Source: Paragordius varius (lineage: Eukaryota; Animalia; Nematomorpha). From it: a stretch of 64,000 nt of DNA. Below, in pieces: positions 58,283 through 64,000 of the stretch (position 1 is its first letter; each line of letters opens with the position of its first letter). A program made the position numbers and the translations under genes. The notes under the pieces were generated by a model, which worked only from the letters and a program-made list of their open reading frames with translations, did no database searches and was not told the DNA's origin. The stretch spans positions 4,588,001-4,652,000 of the forward strand of contig OZ176052.1 of assembly GCA_964247055.1 (NCBI GenBank), given 5' to 3'.

Positions 58283-59740
58283 GATTTCAAATATAAGACT
58301 GTAAAATGCAAACAATAAGAATTTTTTCTAGTTATTTCCACTTGAATGGGCAAAATTAGAAAAATTGTTTAAGGAACGTTGATTTAATTAAGATTTTATG
58401 AGTATATTACAAATTATTGATATCTAGATTTTTTGCGGGCAGCACATTAAGTCTCGGAAAGCTACATCGGCCCGCGTGTTGGCCACCCCAGAGCTAACTA
58501 TAAACAGTACTACAAACTATATTTAAATACATAAGATCTAGCGTTTATTTCGGGTAATGTTTGGTTGGTTTCTTTGAGGATGTTATCTATCCAACTTTTA
58601 CAAGCACCATTCATTTTCCCCAGCATCAGTAACTTTTCAAGTGAGTTAGATCTAATAATGTGGCCAAAATAGGATAGTTTTAGGCGTATTAGACTACCTA
58701 GTAGTGACGACATTATCCGAACTAAACGCCAGATCTTGAATTCGCAATGAATGGAGAAGTTATATTTTTAATGTTGCAGTTAGTCGGAATCGACCTTAGT
58801 AACAACAACAAATATATAATTATTAGGATTGAATATGTGGATGCAATGATTACCGTTACTGTTGCCATTTTAAAAACGAGTCAATGTACATATGTTTATG
58901 GTATGATATAAAATAAAAAAGTTAAAAATATGAATAAAGGAAAAAAGCATGATTAAATTTTGGTTTTAAAATTTGCTTGGTAAATTACTAATTTCACCAG
59001 CGATGTTGAATGAAAAATTACCAATTTTTTGCGACAGCTCCCAACCCGGAATAGTTTGTGGGAGGTTTGTTTGCATTTCTTAGATGCAATCCGTATGAAA
59101 GCACTGTTAACAAAGGCTTTAACTGATTTACCATTATTGTTGTTGCTATTTGCATTGATAATATTTGGTTCTTTCGAATTCAGAAATTCTACATCTGTGC
59201 CATAGTAATTTATATCATCGTGTGATTTTGAGGATAACATTTTTTTGACTGATGCATTAGAATTAAAATCATTAGGAATACAATTTTCTGTGTAGTCGGG
59301 CGATATCTATAAACAAAATAATTTTTATTGAAATGAGAATTAAATTCACATCGATTATTTCAAAAATATATCATTAAAAATAAGGATGTATCTAACCAAA
59401 AGATATAAAAATGTAAATTTTTTAAAACTTATTATACATCGACATAGCCCATTATTCCTTACTTTATTATTTAAGTACAAAAGGAAGAATGATATTTTTA
59501 TATATATGCTCCTAAACTAATTGTGAGCGCATGCCTAACGTTAAAATAAGTTACCTGATTTTTATATGGGTTGATAGAGTCAATAGATGATTCCACCATA
59601 TTTTCAAGACTTTTGCTAAGGGTCATATCTTTTTCTGTATGTTGTGCCAATAGTTTATCACATCGATTCATGATCAAAGCTAATTTTTCTTCTAACGAAA
59701 GAGAACTTTGTTGGCTTTTATTATTGTTTTCGGTTTCCAT
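28344..59740 (-). CDS. ARHGEF18: Rho guanine nucleotide exchange factor (DH-PH), ARHGEF18/ARHGEF2/ARHGEF28/AKAP13 family (Drosophila Cysts-like), ~2,943 aa
   Basis: 22 phase-consistent exons: 59740-59555, 59306-59022, 55729-55069, 52910-52001, 39435-38337, 36960-36856, 36453-36280, 36180-36055, 35774-35657, 35558-35377, 34933-34241, 33850-33526, 33445-33368, 33268-32678, 32546-32427, 32354-31969, 31893-31678, 31591-31557, 31401-31035, 30847-30577, 30407-29049, 28888-28344. DH motifs: KKQDIIHELIMTEKVHLQTL, FTGECANKMKLEYGEFCSEH, SVPECILAITQRITKYPILLESI. PH motifs: LLLSDALVFLQE, VLPLQKLIFRE, PEMYEISC. A coiled coil follows and the C-terminus is IYYF*. The symbol denotes the closest vertebrate co-orthologue. 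Confidence 0.9.
34113..34179. mobile_element. hAT MITE right end in a RhoGEF intron
   Basis: ..aaatgcggcccgcggagccatttgcgttggatacccctg is followed by gtttagaa (nnnTAnnn target). It is the reverse complement of 46334-46400. Confidence 0.65.
36532..36795. mobile_element. Small MITE-like element in a RhoGEF intron
   Basis: Imperfect terminal inverted repeats aggcagattatagg / cctatacttctgcct. No clear target-site duplication (TSD). Confidence 0.35.
39534..44113 (+). CDS. Putative antisense gene nested in the 12.5-kb RhoGEF intron; unknown ~200-aa product
   Basis: Best-supported exon is 42034-42176 (tttcag / gtaagt; stop-free YILQQGYRPSLNCKHSGQALTDTVLIFYKDSSFQATQIQNYRLVISY). A phase-compatible chain is possible with 39534-39591, 40454-40502, 40701-40772, 41648-41697, 43577-43635, 43658-43680 and 43990-44113. 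No recognised homology; the 5' exons are weak. Confidence 0.3.
46334..46400. mobile_element. hAT MITE left end
   Basis: ttttaaac|caggggtttccaacataaatggcttcgcgggccgcatttttt; highly similar to the reverse complement of 34113-34179. Confidence 0.65.
47267..47548. mobile_element. Tc1/mariner-like MITE with subterminal repeats
   Basis: TA|taccattta ... taaatggta|TA, with ~21-bp subterminal repeats gggtgaatttaaattgttc. An inverted related copy lies at 54710-55024. Confidence 0.7.
47609..48721. mobile_element. Non-autonomous CMC-superfamily (Chapaev3/EnSpm-like) DNA transposon, 1,113 bp
   Basis: TIRs cactggacaacaaacttt / aaaatttgttgtctagtg (16/18 match) with a perfect 3-bp TSD TTA at 47606-47608 and 48722-48724. 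Second copy at 25327-26225. Confidence 0.8.
50285..50316. repeat. (TA)n microsatellite
   Basis: TA run in the large RhoGEF intron. Similar runs occur at ~6897, ~43213, ~50043 and ~58248. Confidence 0.95.
54710..55024. mobile_element. Tc1/mariner-like MITE (same family as 47267, opposite orientation)
   Basis: TA|taccattta ... taaatggta|TA, with repeats aattcacctgaac at the left and gtgaatttgaattgtt at the right. Confidence 0.7.
56635..57136. mobile_element. piggyBac-like MITE (502 bp)
   Basis: TTAA|cacttcatgacctttt ... aaaaggtcatgaagtc|TTAA: a 15/16 TIR match with TTAA on both sides. Confidence 0.8.
57544..57734. mobile_element. Short MITE, probably hAT-type
   Basis: 11-bp TIR agaggcgtagc (57545-57555) / gctacgcctct (57723-57733). 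The flanks aacaatac / agcaatat resemble a degenerate 8-bp TSD (6/8). Confidence 0.6.
58430..58491. mobile_element. hAT MITE right end (degenerate left end at about 58140-58200)
   Basis: gcgggcagcaca..tcggcccgcgtgttggccaccccag: TIR and subterminal motif of the same CAGGGGT family. Confidence 0.5.
58534..58811. mobile_element. RTE-clade LINE insertion with an inverted 5' part
   Basis: The minus-strand part 58534-58709 encodes LKLSYFGHIIRSNSLEKLLMLGK..WIDNILKETNQTLPEINARS. The plus-strand part 58710-58811 carries the 3' end shared with 14730-14780 and a (taa/caa)-type tail taacaacaacaa. Confidence 0.8.
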
Positions 59741-62700
59741 TTGAATTAATTGTTCTTTTGGTTTTTAGTTCCCCTCCATTATTTGAAGTATTTTGTTGCT
59801 GTTTTAAAATATTCAATAAAATTGAAAATATAAAATTATTTTAAAACATAAATCATGGTTACAATATAAAGTGTGGATTTTTAAAAAAAAATTGAATTTA
59901 CCAAAGTATCTTTAGATACACGATCTGTCAAACCTAACGCAAAACTTGCGTGCAAGATAAGCTTAATAAATCCTGATAAATGGTAACTTATACAAATATG
60001 AATTTGTGAAATAGATAGATAGTAATTAATCAACTATTTTGTTGTTGTTTTAGAAGACATTTCACCAATCATATTAATAATATCCTAATATTATGGAATA
60101 TATATATTTTGTTGACATGGTAACATATAAATATTATAAAAAATAATATTATAGTTAACGAATAAGGTGGATATTTTTCATAAAAAACTATTTGCCAGTT
60201 CCAAAATTTAAAACAATTTAAGCGAATTTATTCATATTTACGCTAAATTAATTTCAAAATTTAGTTTTAGAAAAGAATCCTCGAGCCAAACTAAAACAAC
60301 CGAAATTAGTATTTTGGGATATATTATCATTATAGAAACAAGGAAAAATTCTCTTTTAAAAGCAATAATTACAGTTAAGAGAATTCTCCATTTCTTAATA
60401 AAGTAAATATATGATGACATGTTTTGCTAGAGAATAATAAGTTCGATTGACCGTGAAGAAATAAATTTGAAGTGAACAAAAAACTTACACGCCTAACAAA
60501 TGCAAATCACATCAATGGTTCTGGTTGATAATGAAATTTTTTTTGATGACAACCTCTCAACCACACACACATAGCTTAAAATGGTTTATATAAGATATTT
60601 TATTGAATAGCTCAAATTTTTCAGGTTTTTTTCGTGTTTTTTTTGTGCATAAAAATAAGATTATTTTACATCCAATTATTCAATGAATGATGACAACCAA
60701 CTATAAACAAATTTTTCTCCATTAATATATGAGTGATATCTATGTATGTAAAAGAGATATGTATGAATGATAATGAACCGTTAGCTACATGCTAAAAATA
60801 TTTCCAGGCATCTCTGGTATTTTTGAATATATTTAATATAAAGTGTGGATTTCTCACTGACAAAATTGAATGTTTTTGAAATGTATTTGCTTTATGTATT
60901 TATTTTTCTTTTAAATAATTGCTTAACATGTAAGGGTAATATAATCGAACTGGAATAAAATTTATCACTGGTTATAATAAAAACAGTTTTTGTATGGTTC
61001 AGTTTCAAATTAATTTTGCCTCTGACTTAGGTTTTATAAAACGTTTCCAGGTTAATTCCTGAGTTTTATAATATCTTACAAAGTAGTCAGTCATCATCGA
61101 AAAATTTTTTTTACAAATCGGTTATAGCCGATCATTTAAGGTTCTTAGCTTGGTATCCATATCGTTTATGGTATTTAGAGAAATTTTTTATAACAGTATT
61201 AATTATAGGTTTTTATATATTATATTAATACCGCCAAATTATACAAGTGGAATCGACCTCATATAAAAATGTTAGAATGGAACGGCCTAAAATATTCATA
61301 ATTTATCAAACAAAATACTTCTATTGTAGAAATTTCAAAGATCGAAAAAGGAAACATAAACCTTTTTAAAACCGTTGGGAATCAAAAATATCAAAAGGGT
61401 TTGAGACCGTTTTTGAAATTAAAACTAAAAGCATTTGTTTATCATTTTTATTATTTCCAATCTCTCTTTACAACAGCTAACATCACTTGCTTACAATTGA
61501 ATAAACAAAATATACCTTCGAAAAAGCAATAAATCGACAACGATCTTTGCTATAATAATAATAATAATAATTATTTTTAATATCAACCTAAATTATTTAC
61601 ATTGTTTTCTATAATCACATACATACTTTGTGGTACTTACATATTTAAATTTTCGTTGCTATTTACTGACATTCAATTGAAAAATAGTGTTAAAAAGAAT
61701 CGAAACATAAACCGTTTGATCAACAAACAATGCTTAATCAATTATTTTCGCAAGCACTGCAACCGGAATGTTTTAGCAAATATTCTTTGGATCTGGCACG
61801 CCATTTCGTAACCGTTTATTTAAAAAATATGTGGAATTGACTTAAAAAACGGTTGGATACCAATCTTAGTATTATTAATTTTACCTATCTCATAAAGAGA
61901 TAAATACTAGATAAATAATAATGATGATCGAAGGAGTCTGTAAAACCTTACATCAATCAATCAGTATAAGTAAAGTTCACAATGCAAAACAAACGGTTAA
62001 GTATAATGCATTAATCTAGTAAAGAGATTAATATTTTAATTTATTTGTTTCCAAAAAAATAAAAATCCACAACTCTCTATTTAAAAATATATATACTATT
62101 TTTAGTTGTTTTTTCAAATTTTAATTTATTTACTTACTCAGTCTTTTTAACGATTTTAGGAGGTCACCACCACAAACAAATAAGGCACAAATCATAATAA
62201 AAATTGAGTCAGAAAAGACATTCATTATGCAAGCAAGACAAGCAAATTTTAATTTATTCTTAAACTATATAAAATAAAACCTTATTTATATTATAAAATA
62301 AAAATATATTATTGTGAAAAGAAATAGAAATAATAATAAATTAATCAGATAAACTTTTTCGAAGTTTCATTAATGAGATTTTTTTCATTGTCAACTAACT
62401 CTATATTTCATTTGACAAATATTAGGAAAGATAATGTTGTATTTAAAAAGAAGTTTATACTCTCAAGGTTATTTTAGTTTCAGGGATATTAATCGAAAAA
62501 GTAATGTTGATAATTTTAAACATTGCATAAATTAATTTTAAATTTGTGAGTTAATTAAAATTAACTATATACAAAAATCTGTAAAGTTGTTCAAGATAAC
62601 TTAAAAATTAAATAAAATAATTTTACCATCGAGAATAAGAAAACAAGATATTGGGGAAAGAATAAGTTTTAAAATAAAAAATTTTTTAAAAAATGGATAT

Positions 62701-63558
62701 TGTGTAAATAATAATTGTGTGAAAAAATAGCACTGTAGTTAAATAAGTGGGCGGATTTTTTTCAAAAAAAATTTTTGTTTAGAGATTTCCTTAAAATTAA
62801 GTAATGTAAATTATAAAAATATAAATTGATTAAATTTTGTTTTATAAAGTGGAATATTGTCAGAAACTAAAATAACTTTTGAAAATAAATGATAAAAATA
62901 TATATTTTTTTCTAAAGTATTAATAATATATATCGGCGGAAGCCTAATCTATGTGTCTCCGACCACTTTAAATCAAATATAATACCTTATTAAAAAAATA
63001 TAATATATAGTAATAATATAGATATATTATGCAAATTATAAATCCTTACCTAGTTAATACTTCTAAATATAAAGAATTAAATTATTGAGTTACTAAATTA
63101 TTAGTAAAAATATGATCAAAACAAAAAAAATAATTTTTAAAAAAAAATATAAAATTGTAATTGATACTGAAATCAAACTTGAAAACAATAAAAAAATCAT
63201 TGTTTAAATTGACCTATGTAAATAAACATAGAAACGCTTTAGATTTTTTATTGAATTTAAGAGTCAAATGGGCACCTGTCCGATGTTGTGCAATCTTAAA
63301 GATATTAAAAGACTGGTAAAAAGATTAAAATTTAAAGTATATAGATAATTACCTATTATAACGAATAGTTTTGAATTGGTAGCATTGTAATTTATTAGAA
63401 GGTACTGCGATTAAAAAGCATAAACATGAGGTATGAGCATTTAATGCATAGAAAAACACCTTTACCTGAGATTTTACAGGTGTAAAAATAATATCATATG
63501 TTATTTGGAAAAATATACAATTTGATCTTATAATTATATTAAAAGTAAAAAGGATTAA

Positions 63559-63981
<423 letters not shown>

Positions 63982-64000
63982 TAATTTTAGGCAAGATTTT

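Overview
Eukaryotic genomic DNA from an invertebrate animal: very AT-rich (roughly three-quarters A+T by eye), with GT-AG introns. It is not prokaryotic and has no CRISPR, rRNA or tRNA. I reconstructed exon chains by hand, with consistent splice phases, for seven genes: (1) the 3' end of VCP/p97 (+); (2) a divergent class-A GPCR (+); (3) a ceramide phosphoethanolamine synthase (-); (4) an unknown secreted-type protein with one six-Cys module (+); (5) RNF11 (+); (6) a 22-exon, ~2,940-aa DH-PH RhoGEF of the ARHGEF18/ARHGEF2/AKAP13 family spanning ~31 kb (-); and (7) the start of mitochondrial isoleucyl-tRNA synthetase (+). Introns and intergenic DNA contain non-autonomous DNA transposons (hAT/Buster-like, Chapaev3/CMC-like, piggyBac-like, Tc1/mariner-like) and RTE-clade LINE relics. 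The standout observation is that RNF11 can only be decoded by removing introns of 21 and 25 nt, whereas every intron in the other confidently modelled genes is at least 72 nt and one reaches 12.5 kb. Other leads are a possible antisense gene nested in the giant RhoGEF intron (with a third, 22-nt candidate intron), alternative RhoGEF first exons, a twin-priming-like inverted LINE insertion, and a tandem repeat that copies a splice donor. The taxon cannot be determined from sequence alone. The AT bias and long N/S/Q/T-rich protein insertions suggest a fast-evolving, possibly parasitic, invertebrate lineage (inference only).
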